Shown here: piece by piece, positions 43,826-58,065 of the stretch
How positions within the stretch are numbered: the stretch's first letter is position 1
Layout: the number at the start of each line of letters is the position of its first letter
Origin: Eledone cirrhosa
Lineage: Eukaryota
Length of the DNA: 64,000 nucleotides
NCBI GenBank assembly: GCA_964016885.1
Contig: OZ024766.1
Location: forward strand, 1,550,001 to 1,614,000
Direction: 5' to 3'
Translations under genes and position numbers: made by a program
Notes under the pieces: generated by a model
The model's database searches: none
What the model was told of the DNA's origin: nothing
Seen by the model: only the letters and a program-made list of their open reading frames with translations

Positions 43826-44074
43826 CCCACTCTACTACCCTAAGTATTGAGTACTTTGGTGCGTTATGGTCCACCTGGTTCCTTACCACATTTCCTTCGT
43901 TATATATATATATATATATATATATAGATTTTGAGTTTATGTTGGTTGTATACCAACACCTCAGTATGCAGGCTGGAGCACTCGACGAAATGCGCAGGTT
44001 GGTTTGGTTCCTCCGGAGTAGTGTAAAATAAAGTTAAATAAAAGTCAAATGATTAAAATTTAGCTTCGTTTATT

Positions 44075-44129
44075 ACTGCTATATATATTTCAGTGACAGC
44101 CATCTTTGGCTGTGACCTCTTCAGGCAGT
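44075..44129 (-). ncRNA. Minimal type I hammerhead motif (family E, left arm of a fold-back)
   Basis: actgc CTGAAGA ggtcacagcc-aaagat-ggctgtcact GAAA tatata TA gcagt. Confidence 0.75.
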
Positions 44130-44273
44130 TTGAATTAGTATGGTATAGACAAGTACATATGACTCCAGTTCCTCAGTGAAATAACAACCCAACCAGGAAC
44201 TGGGCATATCAGAGTATTGACAATATTATTCACCTAAACAACATATGTACTTGTCTATACCACACTAATTCAA

Positions 44274-44330
44274 ACTGCCTGAAGAGGTCACAGCCAAAGA
44301 TGGCTGTCACTGAAATATATATATAGCAGT
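44274..44330 (+). ncRNA. Minimal type I hammerhead motif (family E, right arm of a fold-back)
   Basis: actgc CTGAAGA ggtcacagcc-aaagat-ggctgtcact GAAA tatatata TA gcagt. Confidence 0.75.
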
Positions 44331-45663
44331 AATAAACGAAGCTAAATTTTAATCATTTGACTTTTTATTTAACTTTATTTTATATATATATATATATCAC
44401 CATCGTTTAACGTCTATCTTCCATGCTAGCATGGGTTAGACAGGAGTTGTCCCACCTCAGGCAAGATTGGTCAGGTGACTGTGTCTGGCAGGTTTTCTAC
44501 GGCTGGATGCCCTTCCTAACACCAACCACGTTTACATATTAGGAATAATGTGGAACTACTTCTACCAAACTCGTCCCATGGACTGAGTGCTCTACCACTG
44601 CAGAGATAACCCTGCAGTGTTCTACTATTAGAGAGGGAGAGAGGGGGGGGGGAGGGGGAGAAGGAGAGAGAGAGATTTTATTATAGAACTGACTTCTACA
44701 GGACTAGAACTATTTCATTAGTAGTAGTGGTGGTAGTGAGGTGGTGGTGGTGGTGAGGTGGTGGTGAGGTGGTGGTGAGGTGGTGGTGGTGGTGGTGGTG
44801 AGGTGGTAGTGAGGTGGTGGTGATGGTGAGGTGGTGGTGGTGAGGTGGTGGTGGTGAGGTGGTGGTGGTGGTGAGGTGGTGGTGAGGTGGTGGTGAGGTG
44901 GTGGTGAGGTGGTGGTGGTGAGGTGGTGGTGGTGAGGTGGTGGTGAGGTGGTGGTGAGGTGGTGGTGAGGTGGTGGTGAGGTGGTGGTGGTGGTGAGGTG
45001 GTGGTGGTGGTGAGGTGGTAGTGAGGTGGTGGTGGTGGTGAGGTGGTGGTGGTGAGGTGGTGGTGGTGAGGTGGTGGTGAGGTGGTGGTGGTGGTGGTGA
45101 GGTGGTGGTGGTGAGGTGGTGGTGGTGAGGTGGTGGTGATGTGGTGGTGAGGTGGTGGTGGTAGTGAGGTGGTGGTGGTGAGGTGGTGGTGAGGTGGTGG
45201 TGAGGTGGTGGTAGTGGTGGTGAGGTGGTGGTGGTGCGGCAGTGGTGGTGAGGTGGTAGTAGTGAGGTGGTGGTAGTGGTGAGGTGGTGGTGGTGGTGGT
45301 GGTGGTGTGGTGGTGGTGGTGGTGGTGAGGTGGTGGAAGTGAGGTGGTGGTGGTGGTAGTGGCACCAGTAGAGGCAGCAGTAGTGGTGGTGGTGGCAGAG
45401 GTGACATGTATGAATATGCATGTGAATCTGTATGAGAGCATCATGGAGCTGGTAGAGGGGTGGAGGGGTGGGGTGGGTGGAGGGGTGTGTGGAGGGGTGA
45501 AGTGTGGGGGGGGGGACTACATTCATTTCCTCCTTAGTTTCAGCTTTCAAATGTTACTTCAATAGACAAACTAATGTCTATATATATATATACACCATGT
45601 GTATATATATTGTGTGTGTGTGTGTGTGAGTATATATATATATATATATTTATATGCAGCATA

Positions 45664-45694
<31 letters not shown>

Positions 45695-45776
45695 GCAATA
45701 TATATATATATATATACACACAAATAAATACAAATACTCATTTCATACATATATATACATATATATATATACACAC

Positions 45777-45807
<31 letters not shown>

Positions 45808-45910
45808 TGCACACGTTTTATAAATATATACACACATATATATACATATATATATATACATATATATATACACACACACATGCACACGTTTTATAAATAT
45901 ATACACGCAT

Positions 45911-45941
<31 letters not shown>

Positions 45942-46217
45942 CACATGCACACGTTTTATAAATATATACACACATGGTATATATATATATATATGTATAG
46001 AGAGGAATTTGTGTGTATGAAGGGACATAAGTGTACAACATGGTTTGCGTGTATATATATATATATATATATATATATGGTGCTGAATAAGACCCCCCCC
46101 CCCTGCAAGCAGGGTAGAGCGGACATATGGTGATGATGATGATATTTATATAATGATAAGTTTGAAGAATCGTCAGACAAAATATATCTTATTTTTTTCT
46201 TCTTAGTCTGTAGAAAT

Positions 46218-46259
<42 letters not shown>

Positions 46260-46262
<3 letters not shown>

Positions 46263-46466
46263 CGAAGGAAATGTGGTAAGGAACCAGGTGGACCATAACG
46301 CACCAAAGTACTCAATACTTGAGGTAGTAGAGTGGGTAATAGGAACCAGTAAGACCCCGACAGCTGAGCTCAAGCCGTTTCGACGGCTAATTCTGGACTA
46401 GAATTGAGTCCAGAATTAGCCGTCGAAACGGCTTGAGCTCAGCTGTCGGGGTCTTACTGGTTCCTA
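46260..46466. mobile_element. Short fold-back element family F (other copies 43820-43903, 46981-47112, 48173-48367, 57752-57912)
   Basis: Near-perfect palindrome of about 127 bp at 46340-46466, plus a shared about 85-bp tail tattacccactctactaccctaagtattgagtactttggtgcg...ttccttcg; most copies are embedded in (TA)n. Confidence 0.8.
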
Positions 46467-46659
46467 TATATATATATATATAGATATATAGATATATATA
46501 TACACACACAAAGGTATAGACATATACATATATACCACACACAAAAGTATAGACATATACTTTTGTATATATATATATATGTCTATACTTTTGTGTGTGG
46601 TATATATATATATATGTCTATACTTTTGTGTGTGGTATATATGTATATGTCTATACTTT

Positions 46660-46711
<52 letters not shown>

Positions 46712-46830
46712 AAAGTATAGACATATATATATACACACACAAAAGTATAGACATATATATATATACATACACAAAAGTATAGACACATATATATATATAC
46801 ACACACACACACAAAAGTATAGACATATAC

Positions 46831-46861
<31 letters not shown>

Positions 46862-46872
46862 AAAGTATAGAC

Positions 46873-46909
<37 letters not shown>

Positions 46910-47153
46910 AAAGTATAGACATATATATATATATATATATATACACAGACACACAAAAGTATAGACATATATATATATATATAGGAACGAGTAGGACCCT
47001 GACGGCTGAGCTCAAGCCATTTCGACGGCTAATTCTGGACTCTACTACCCTAAGTATTGAGTACTTTGGTGCGTTATGGTCCACCTGGTTCCTTACCACA
47101 TTTCCTCCGTTATATATATATATATACACACACACACAAAAGTATAGACATAT

Positions 47154-47193
<40 letters not shown>

Positions 47194-47967
47194 TATACTT
47201 TTGTATATATGTGTGTATGTGTGTGTGTATGTGTGTGTATATATAAGAGATGGATGAATATGCATGAGCAGGTGTGCATATGAATGTATGTATAGGGGCA
47301 TATATGTCATATATATATACACATACATACATATATATATATGTATGTGTGTATATATATATATATATATACACACATATATGTGTGTGTATATATATAT
47401 ATATATATACACATACACACATATATGTATGTGTATATATATATATATATATACACACATGTGTGTATATATATATATATATGCATCTGTGTGGGTGAGA
47501 GTGAGAGATAGATACAAAGATACAAATGAATATGTATGAGCAGGTGTGTGCATGTATAAATATGTATGTAGTGTCTATGTACACATAAATACATAAACCA
47601 CTGGGAGTGAAGGACCCCTAGCCTCTGGGAATGAAGGACCCCTAGCCCTGGGAGTGAAGGACCCCTAGCCCTGGGAATGAAGGACCCCTAGCCTCTGTCA
47701 GGGCATTCTTCTAGGAGAAGGCAACTCAGGCAACTGGGATAACTCCGACATAAAACCTGCAGCTCAGTAGTTACCGATGATGTTGATCTTTTCTTCTTTT
47801 CAGGTTATAGCTACTGTCGCTCAGAGACTGGGATTGGCTCAGTGCAGTCTTTCCTCACTTTAACAAATATCTTCACGCACAGGCATTGCACGATAGAATT
47901 AATTAATAATTATTAATAATGGTATATCGTGCAATGGCCATACTCGATAACGAGGGGGCAGCCATCA

Positions 47968-48024
<57 letters not shown>

Positions 48025-48118
48025 GTGTGTAGGAGGTGAGTTTTATTGTAATACAATAAAGCAATGCAGATATCGGATAAGTAGCACTCTACAGTTTGTA
48101 GGACTGGAGTATAAATAC

Positions 48119-48177
<59 letters not shown>

Positions 48178-48547
48178 AGTAAGTAAGAGCCCGACGGCTG
48201 AGCTCAAGCCATTTCGACGGCTAATTCAGTACAGAATTAGCCGTCGAAACGGCTTGAGCTCAGCCGTCGGGGTCTTACTTACTCCTATTACCCACTCTAC
48301 TAGCCTAAGTATTGAGTACTTTGGTGCGTTATGGTCCACCTGGTTCCTTACCACTTTTCCCTCGCTATATATATATATATGTAGATATATATATGTATGT
48401 ATGTAAATGTATGTTTGTACATGTTGAAATAACCTGAGACTGAAGGATAGAAAGTGAAAAAAAAAAAAGGCAAGTATAAGGGGGGGGGGGGGGAAGAAAA
48501 GAGCTATATATACATTCATTCATATATATATACATACATACATACAT

Positions 48548-48603
<56 letters not shown>

Positions 48604-51040
48604 GTGTAGAGAGAGAGAAACAAATCTATGTAATACCAGAGTTTGCCAAATGCAATTTCCTATTTGTTAAGAACTTGGTCCAATATATATATACCTATAT
48701 ATATATATACATATATATATACATATATATATATATACATATATATATATACATATATATATACATATATATATATACACATATATATATATATACATAT
48801 ATATATATACATATATATATACATATATATATATATACATACATATATATATACATACATATATACATATATATATACATATATATATACATATATATAT
48901 ACATATATATATACACATATATATATATACATATATATATACATATATATATACATATATATATACATATATATATATATATAATGCCAGGGAAATTCGA
49001 AGATAGGGGGAGGGTAAGGAAGAGTGAGGTTGTGTACCAGGTCAGCAGATAATTGACACTACCACCACCACTGCCACCACTACCACCACCACTACCCCCA
49101 GAGCTACCACCACCACCACCACCATACCACCACCACCACCACCACCACAACTACCACCACCACTACCCCCAGAGCTACCACCACCACCACCACCAGAGCT
49201 ACCACCACCACCACCACCTCCACCACCACAACTACCACCACCACTACCCCCAGAGCTACCACCACCACCACCACCAGAGCTACCACCACCACCACCACCT
49301 CCACCACCACTGCCACCACCACACCACCACACCACCACCACCACCACCACCACCACCACCACACCACCACTACACCACCACACCACCACTACACCACCAC
49401 ACCACCACACCACCACCACCACCACCACACCACCACCACCACACCACCACCACCACCACTACCACCACCACCACACCACACCACCACCACCACTACACCA
49501 CCACCACCAAGTGGGAAGGATGTGCTTAAGTTTTCCCATGGCAAAAATCTGACCTTTCAACAAAAACTGAATATTCCAGTGGGTGAAGGGGGTGGGGTGT
49601 ATATATACATATATATATATATATACATGTATATATATATGTGTATATATACATATATATACATGTATATATATATATATATGTGTATATATACATATAT
49701 ATACATGTATATATACACATATATATATATACATGCATATGTGTGTATATATGAGTGTGTGTATGTGTATGTAGTAAGGACATGACAAAAGGTGGTGATG
49801 GTGATGGTGATGATGGTAGTGGTGGTGGTGGTGATGATGGTGGTCATGGTGGTGGTGATGGTGGTGATGATGGTGGTGGTGATGGTGGTGATGATGGTGA
49901 TGATAATGGTGGTGATGATGGTGGTGATGATGGTGGTGATGATGGTGGTGGTGATGGTGGTGATGATGGTGGTGGTGATGGTGGTGATGATGGTGGTGAT
50001 GGTGGTGGTGGTGATGATGGTGATGATGGTGGTGGTGATGATGGTGATGATAATGGTGGTGATGGTGGTGATGATGGTGGTGGTGATGGTGGTGATGGTG
50101 GTGGTCATGGTGGTGGTGGTGATGATGATGGTGGTGGTGGTGATGATGGTGGTGATGATGGTGGTGATGGTGGTGATGATGGTGGTGATGATGGTGATGA
50201 TGGTGGTGATGATGGCCATCCCAAAAGTTTACTAGGAGATGGAAAATCTGGAAAAGCAGCTGAAGCTAAACAAGTCCCTGGTCCCCCAGATCTTTGAGGG
50301 GAGGGACAGCAGCTTTTCCTGCTGGTTTTGTCTGAAAGGTCCCCGGGCTCTGTGTAGGCTATGTCCACTGTCTTCTAATTCACACACACAAACTTCTTAA
50401 CCTGTGTAGGTATCTATATACATACATGGTGGCTGCCAACTCGTTTTTGAGTACGGCCACTACTTTATATCCATGTAGGAGAACCCCTAGCGATGCGCTG
50501 AACGAGTGTGACTTTTCAGTCCAGCCAGCGACTTGAAAACTCTGGTACAAACACTACACTTGTGACAATTATTGACACATAGTGCTGGGCCCATGGTACC
50601 ATGTGAGGACAAGTGCAGAGAGATCTCCAGATATAAAGCAATGCCTGTGCCGTGAAGCTTTTATAGTGAGCAAAGGCACTGCACAAAGCCAGTCCCACTC
50701 TCTTAACCAAGATGATATTTACCAAAAAGAAGGACAAGTCAACATCATTGGATACCATCAGGGTTGCAGGTGTTATATCAGAGTTTTCCTTCTCCTAGAA
50801 TTCTGCCTTGACAAAGGTTAAGGGGTCATCTCATACATACATAGGTATATATATATATATATATTCATACATACATAGGTATATATATATACATACATAC
50901 ATACACACATACATATATACATACATTCATACATACATACACACATACATATATACATACATTCATACATACATAGGTGTATATATATACCTATGTATGA
51001 ATGTAACTATATACATACATATATATATACACTCATACAT

Positions 51041-51071
<31 letters not shown>

Positions 51072-52028
51072 CACTCATACATACATATATATATATATAT
51101 ATATACACTCATACATACATACATATATATATACACTCATACATACATATATATATATATATACACTCATACATACATACATATATATATACACTCATAC
51201 ATACATACATATATATATACACTCATACATATATATATATATATATACACTCATACATACATACATATATATATACACTCATACATATATATATATATAT
51301 ATACACTCATACATACATACATATATATATACATACATACATACATATATATATACACTCATACATACATACATACATATATATATACACTCATACATAC
51401 ATACATACATATATATATACACTCATACATACATATATATTTGGCTGCTATTTCTAACAGGTCTATCATATATAGGCCTCTCTCATTGGCTTGGTTGTGG
51501 TGGTAGTGGTAATAGTAGTAGTGGTGGTGGTGGTAGTAGTAGTAGTAGTAGTATTAGTAGTAGTAGTGGTGGTGGTGGTGGTAGTAGTGGTAACAGTAGT
51601 GGTGGTGGTAGTAGTGGTAGTAGTAGTAGTAGTAATAGTAGTAGTAGTGGTGGTGGTGGTAGTAGTAGTAGTAGTGGTAGTGGTAGTAGTAGTGGTAGTA
51701 GTAGTGGTAGTAGTAGTGATTAATAAACAAATTACAGGAAGGAGCTCATTATGTCCTCCCTCCTCTCCCCTCCACCCATCTCACCCCCTCTTATACTCTC
51801 ACACACAAACATGTATATATATATACATGTATATATATATACATGTATATATATATACATGTATATATATACATGTATTATATATATACATGTATATATA
51901 TACATGTATTATATATATACATGTATTATATATATATATATACATGTATTATATATATATATATATACATGTATATATATACATGTATATATATACATGT
52001 ATTATATATATATATATATATATACATG

Positions 52029-52078
<50 letters not shown>

Positions 52079-52200
52079 GTTTATATATATACATGTTTAT
52101 ATATATACATGTATATATATATATATATACATGTATATATATACATGTATATATATATATATATATACATGTATATATATATATATATACATGTATATAT

Positions 52201-52266
<66 letters not shown>

Positions 52267-52349
52267 ATATAAATATATACACACACATCCTGTGTATAAT
52301 TTGAGCCAAGAGTGGTAGTGGTGTTGGTGGTGGCAGATATGGTGGTGGA

Positions 52350-52900
52350 AAGGAGCTGATCATCAGATCAGACCAAGGAAACAATGTGTCCATTGGTCTT
52401 TCCATTGTTGATACTATCTGTTGGTCACAACTGCTGGCAGAAGAAAGGAGCTGATCATCAGATCAGACCAAGGAAACAATGTGTCCATTGGTCTCTCCAT
52501 TGCTGATACTATCTGTTGGTCACAACTCCTGGCAGAAGAAAGGAGCTGATCATCAGATCAGACCAAGGAAACAATGTCTCCATTGGTCTTTCCATTGTTG
52601 ATACTATCTGTTGGTCACAACTGCTGGCAGAAGAAAGGAGCTGATCATCAGATCAGACCAAGGAAACAATGTCTCCATTGGTCTTTCCATTGTTGATACT
52701 ATCTGTCTGTCACAATCCTGGCAGAAGAAAGGAGCTGATCATCAGATCAGACCAAGGAAACAATGTCTCTATTGGTCTTTCCATTGCTGATACTATCTGT
52801 CTGTCACAACTCCTGGCAGAAGAAAGGAGCTGATCATCAGATCAGACCAAGGAGACAATGTGTCCCTTGGTCTCTCCATTGCTGATACTATCTGTCTATC
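52350..52900. repeat. 95-bp minisatellite, about 6 units
   Basis: Units at 52351, 52446, 52541 and onward; a reverse-complement monomer lies at 41311-41396. Confidence 0.95.
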
Positions 52901-54263
52901 TGTCAATCACCACTCCTGGTCACTAAACCTCAGCTAAAGTCTGACCAAACATCTCCACAGTCCAGTGATTATTGCAGTTTCGTGATGTACAGCAACTGAG
53001 AGTACAAGACTTCCCCCTGGACAAGACACCAGTCCATCGCAGGCTTAAACACCTAGCTATTGCTGGAGCAATGTGAAATGAAGTGTTTTGCTCAAGAACA
53101 CAACACACAACCCAGGATTCGAACCCACGACATTATGATCGTAAGTCCAACACCCTCACCACTGGCCCACACACCTCCACACGGGCAATAAAAATAACAG
53201 GGTTTAGTGATGGAGGTGATGGTGGTGGTAGTAGTGGTGGTGTTGCTGGAAGTAGTTGAGATTGTAGTGGTGGTGGTGGTAGTGGTGGTGAAGGTGGTTG
53301 AGGTGGTGGTGGTGGTGGTGGTAGTAGTGGTTGTAATGGTGGAGGTGGTGGTGGATGTTGTAGTGGTGTTGGTGGTAGTGGTGGTGTAGTGGTGGTGTTG
53401 CTGGAGGTGGTTGAGATAGTAGTGGTGGTGGTGGTAGTGGTGGTGGAGGTGGTTGAGGTGGTGGTGGTAGTAGTGGTTGTAATGGTGGAGGTGGTGGTGG
53501 AGGTTGTAGTGGTGTTGGTGGTAGTGGTGGTGTAGTGGTGGTGTTGCTGGAGGTGGTTGAGATTGTAGTGGTGGTGGTGGTAGTGGTGGTGGAGGTAGTG
53601 GTGGTGGTGGGGGTGACATTGGTGGTGGACCATATAGTTATTTAGAGAATGACTATTAGAAGAGAGAAGAGGGGGAGGGTACATGTGAGGTGGGGCAGGT
53701 GAGGACAAGACGGGGGGTGGAGGGGTGTAGCGGGGGGGGGGTGGAGGGGGGGAGTGTGTGTGTTAAATTACTCAGAACTTTTCAGTTTGGTATTTCTTTG
53801 ACTTGGAGATGGATGGAATGCTGGGGGAGGGAAAGTTGGGGAGGGGGGAAAGGGGAGGTAGGGGGTGGAGATGTGAAGGGGGCGCTGGGGATGTTCTGGG
53901 ATGGGAAGGGGTGAAGAGGATGGTGGAGAAGGGTGTGAGGTAGAGAGGGGGTGGATGGGAAGGGGGTCTTGGGGAACGTTCTGGGACGGAGATGGAGGGG
54001 GTGGGGTGCTGGGACGGAGATGGAGGGGGTGGGGTGCTGGGACGGAGATGGAGGGGGTGGGGTGCTGGGAATGTTCTGCAAGTGGTGGCATTTGAGTTTA
54101 ATTACTGGATAATACAGCAATTACAGCTGGGCAGGGCAGTAATTACAGACATATATATATATATGTATATATATGTGTATATATATATGTGTGTGTATAT
54201 ATGTGTGCATATGTATGTGTGTGTATATGTATGTGTGTATGTATATATATATATGTATATATG

Positions 54264-54304
<41 letters not shown>

Positions 54305-54381
54305 GTGAGTGTGTGTATATGTATGTGTGCGTATGTATATATATATATATGTATGTGAGTGTGTATGTATGTATGTATGTG

Positions 54382-54416
<35 letters not shown>

Positions 54417-54487
54417 GTATATATATATGTGTATATATATGTGTATATATATGTGTGCATATGTATGTGTGTGTATATGTGTGTATG

Positions 54488-54532
<45 letters not shown>

Positions 54533-54893
54533 GTGTCAGTGTGTGTATATGTATGTGTGCGTATGTATATATATATATATATATATATACATACATACAT
54601 ACACACTGTGGGACTAGATTGGTCAGGTGACCACATCTAGCCAATCAGATCCGTTTGAGCCTAGATTCTCCAGATGGTTGTTTTTTCTGATGCCAATCAC
54701 TTGACAGTGTGTCTGAGTGTCTGAGTGTCTGTGTGTGTGAGTGTCTGAGTGTGTGTGTGTGTGAGTGTCTGAGTGTGTGTGTGTGAGTGTCTGAGTGTGT
54801 GTGTGTGCGTGTCTGAGTGTGTGTGTGTGTGTGTCTGAGTGTGTGTGTGTGCGTGTCTGAGTGTGTGTGTGCGTGTGTGAGAGAGAGAGAGAG

Positions 54894-54927
<34 letters not shown>

Positions 54928-54936
54928 TGTGTGTGT

Positions 54937-54975
<39 letters not shown>

Positions 54976-55014
54976 TGAGTGTGTGTGTGTGTGTGTGTAT
55001 GTCAGTATGTGTGC

Positions 55015-55221
55015 CAGTGTGGACCGCCAGAAATATTACATGGGACCCCCAGGGGCCAAGTGGACCCCCAGGAATATTACATGTACCTCCATGGGCCATG
55101 TGGACCCCCAGGAATATTACATGGACCCCCAGGGGCCATGTGGACCCCCAGGGGCCATGTGGACCCCCAGGAATATTACATGTACCCCCAGGGGCCATGT
55201 GGACCCGGTTGAGAAGCGCTG
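55015..55221. mobile_element. End of a hAT-like MITE with internal short tandem repeats
   Basis: Terminus ggttgagaagcgctg (reverse complement CAGCGCTTCTCAACC) resembles Charlie/MER5-type TIRs; repeated ggacccccagg units. Only one end is visible. Confidence 0.5.
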
Positions 55222-55326
55222 GGGGTCAGACGACATAGTTACAACTAAATAAAAAGAAAAAGAAAATAAAGCAAAAAATAAAAAAATAAAAAATAAAAAA
55301 TAAAAAAACCACAAACAAAAACTCAC

Positions 55327-55468
55327 GTTTTTTGTCGTTGCCGATAGCGTCGGCTATCTTTTCTCGGATCATGTGACAGGCATCGAACACAATTGTGGAG
55401 GGGTCGAACTGCATGGTCTTCACCACATTGCTGCCGACAACGCTGATCTTTAACGACAAGGTGGCCAT
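55327..55468 (-). CDS. TLN: Talin, first coding exon (FERM F0 N-terminal part)
   Basis: Translates MATLSLKISVVGSNVVKTMQFDPSTIVFDACHMIREKIADAIGNDKK, the talin N-terminus (vertebrate MVALSLKISIGNVVKTMQFEPST). Kozak context ccaaccATGG; donor C|GTGAGT at 55326; 142 nt, ends phase 1. Confidence 0.96.
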
Positions 55469-55713
55469 GGTTGGTAAGGCAGTAGTAGTAGTTCTGGTGG
55501 TGGTGGTGACGACGACTTTTCTTGTGTAAGAGGGGAGGAGGAGGGAACGAAAGATGAGCAAGAGAGAGAGAGGGGTGGGGGGAGCGGCGGCCGGGGGGGG
55601 TAGTTCGGACGGTGCAGCGGTGGAGGCAGTAGCACTATGGTGGTTGTTGAGGCAGGCGAGGGCTGTGCGTCAATTCAGGTTTGAATGTGTCGTCTTTTGG
55701 CAGAGGGGACAGC
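55469..55713 (-). other. TLN: 5'UTR portion of the first coding exon of talin
   Basis: Strong minus-strand acceptor: branch-like CTAAT, long pyrimidine tract, ttcag| at 55714. An in-frame stop upstream of the ATG excludes an N-terminal extension. Implies further upstream non-coding exon(s). Confidence 0.7.
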
Positions 55714-55793
55714 CTGAAGTGGAAGGAGAAAAAGGAGAAGATTAGGGGACACAGCAAAAGATGTATCATCATCATCATCATCATCATATTAAT

Positions 55794-56372
55794 AGGGCAA
55801 TGGATTGGCAGCAATTGGTAGAGCGTCGGACGCCATGCTTTGCAGCATAGAGTTACGGCCCTTTACATTGAGTTCGAATCCCGCTGAAGTTAACTTTGCC
55901 CTCTGGCTTTACAAGGGTCGATAAAATAAAGTACCAGTAATACACTGGGGAAGTGGCTGGCCTTGTGCCAAAAGTAGAAACAATTATTATCAATGTATTG
56001 GCAGTATCGGTAGAGCGTCAGACACCGTGCTTTGCAGCACAGAGTTACGGCCCTTTACGTCCCAAATTCAAATCCCGCCCAGGTTAACTAAATAGAGTAC
56101 CAGTAATGCACTGGTACTCTATTTACAATTATTCGGTAGAGGGTCGGACACTATGCTTCGTAGCATAGAGTTACACCCCTTTACAGTCTGGGTTCAAATC
56201 CCGCCGAGGTTAACTTTGCCTTTCATCCTTACAGGGTCGATAAAATAAAGTACCAGTGATACACTGGAGTAATTGCTAGCCTTGTGCCTATATAAAAAAA
56301 CAATTATAAGAGTGTAAGACACCATGCCTTGTGGCACAGAGTTTCGGCCCTTTACATCCCGAGTTCAACATT
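55794..56372 (+). mobile_element. Tandem cluster of about 4 copies of a second tRNA-derived SINE family
   Basis: Repeated ggtagagcgtcggac...gagttcgaatccc heads, followed by gttaactttgcctttcatcc...gggtcgataaaataaagtaccag. This resembles the Meta/MESC-type central domain (from memory, unverified). Confidence 0.8.
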
Positions 56373-56448
56373 AACTGTAACAATAACATCATCAACACCA
56401 CCTCAAACAACAACAACAGTAACAACAATAAGAAATGTTATCCGCCCC

Positions 56449-57195
56449 ATAAATGTATACATAAATATATACATAAATGTATACATAAATGTATACATAA
56501 ATGTATACATAAATGTATACATAAATGTATACATAAATGTATACATAAATGTATACATAAATGTATACATAAATGTATACATAAATGTATACATAAATGT
56601 ATACATAAATGTATACATAAATGTATACATAAATGTATACATAAATGTATACATAAATGTATACATAAATGTATACATAAATGTATACATAAATGTATAC
56701 ATAAATGTATACATAAATGTATACATAAATGTATACATAAATGTATACATAAATGTATACATAAATGTATACATAAATGTATACATAAATGTATACATAA
56801 ATGTATACATAAATGTATACATAAATGTATACATAAATGTATACATAAATGTATACATAAATGTATACATAAATGTATACATAAATGTATACATAAATGT
56901 ATACATAAATGTATACATAAATGTATACATAAATGTATACATAAATGTATACATAAATGTATACATAAATGTATACATAAATGTATACATAAATGTATAC
57001 ATAAATGTATACATAAATATATACATAAATATATACATAAATGTATACATAAATGTATACATAAATATATACATAAATATATACATAAATATATACATAA
57101 ATATATACATAAATATATACATAAATATATACATAAATGTATACATAAATATATACATAAATGTATACATAAATATATACATAAATATATACATA
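56449..57195. repeat. 12-bp satellite (ATAAATGTATAC)n, about 62 units
   Basis: Perfect periodicity, with the ATAAATATATAC variant concentrated at the right end. Confidence 0.98.
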
Positions 57196-58065
57196 CTTAG
57201 ACATACATAATAAAAATAAAAAAATTTTTTTTTTTAATTTGGCAAAGCCGGCCATTTATCGCTCGTATCCAGGAAACTGACCAGCCAGTCTGCTGATATG
57301 CAAATCTGGCTGATCAGTGGATCTGCTAATATGCAAATCAGGCCGATTGAGTCACTGTGTATTTTAGAAAATATCATATATTTTCACTAGCTCTGACAGT
57401 TTGGCAGGTGAACAGAGAGCTGTACTGATGAAGGATAATAATCCAGAAACAGTGCCTGCAGTTCTGTTTATATACCAACACAAGAGCAAGAATGAAGGGT
57501 TCATTCTACTGACATGGCTATAAAATTGGGGCTTGTTTGCATAATTGCAAACAAATTGATTATTATTAATATTCAAAATACTCAGATTACATTCATTATA
57601 TATATATATATAATGTAGAAATCAAGCCAGATCAGTTCCTGTATGAGCAAGGCATGGTCAGCCGACCAGACACTGCCCACAACAGGTAAACCCGTCTAAC
57701 CCATGCTAGCATGGAAGAACGGACGTAAAACGGTGATGATGATATATATATAGGAATGAGGAATGAGTAGGACCCCGACGGCTGAGCTCAAGCCATTTCG
57801 ACGGCTAATTCCGGACTAAATTTAGTCCCGAATTAGCCACTCTACTACCCAAAGTATTGAGTACTTTGGTGCGTTATGGTCTACCTGGTTCCTTACCACA
57901 TTTCCTTCGTTATATGTGTGTGTGTGTGTGTGAAATATACATACATAGACTAAGTGTAGATAACTTGAGTAGGACACTCAAAGTAGGTCTTTTGAGAGAG
58001 AGATATTCAGTGAGTGTGGTCTTAGGGGTAAGCAATGAGTGCAGGTACTTTGAGGCAGATACTTA

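Noticed and set aside
49755-50297. 180-aa Gly/Asp-rich ORF
   Set aside because: (GGT/GAT)n microsatellite fused to a degraded repeat.
52350-52900. 95-bp array as a tandem hammerhead (retrozyme) satellite, because the minus strand has CTGATGA and GAAA-gaccaa/ttggtc in each unit
   Set aside because: The would-be cleavage triplet is CUG (not NUH), there is no stem I, stem II does not pair, and the monomer at 41311-41396 lacks both boxes.
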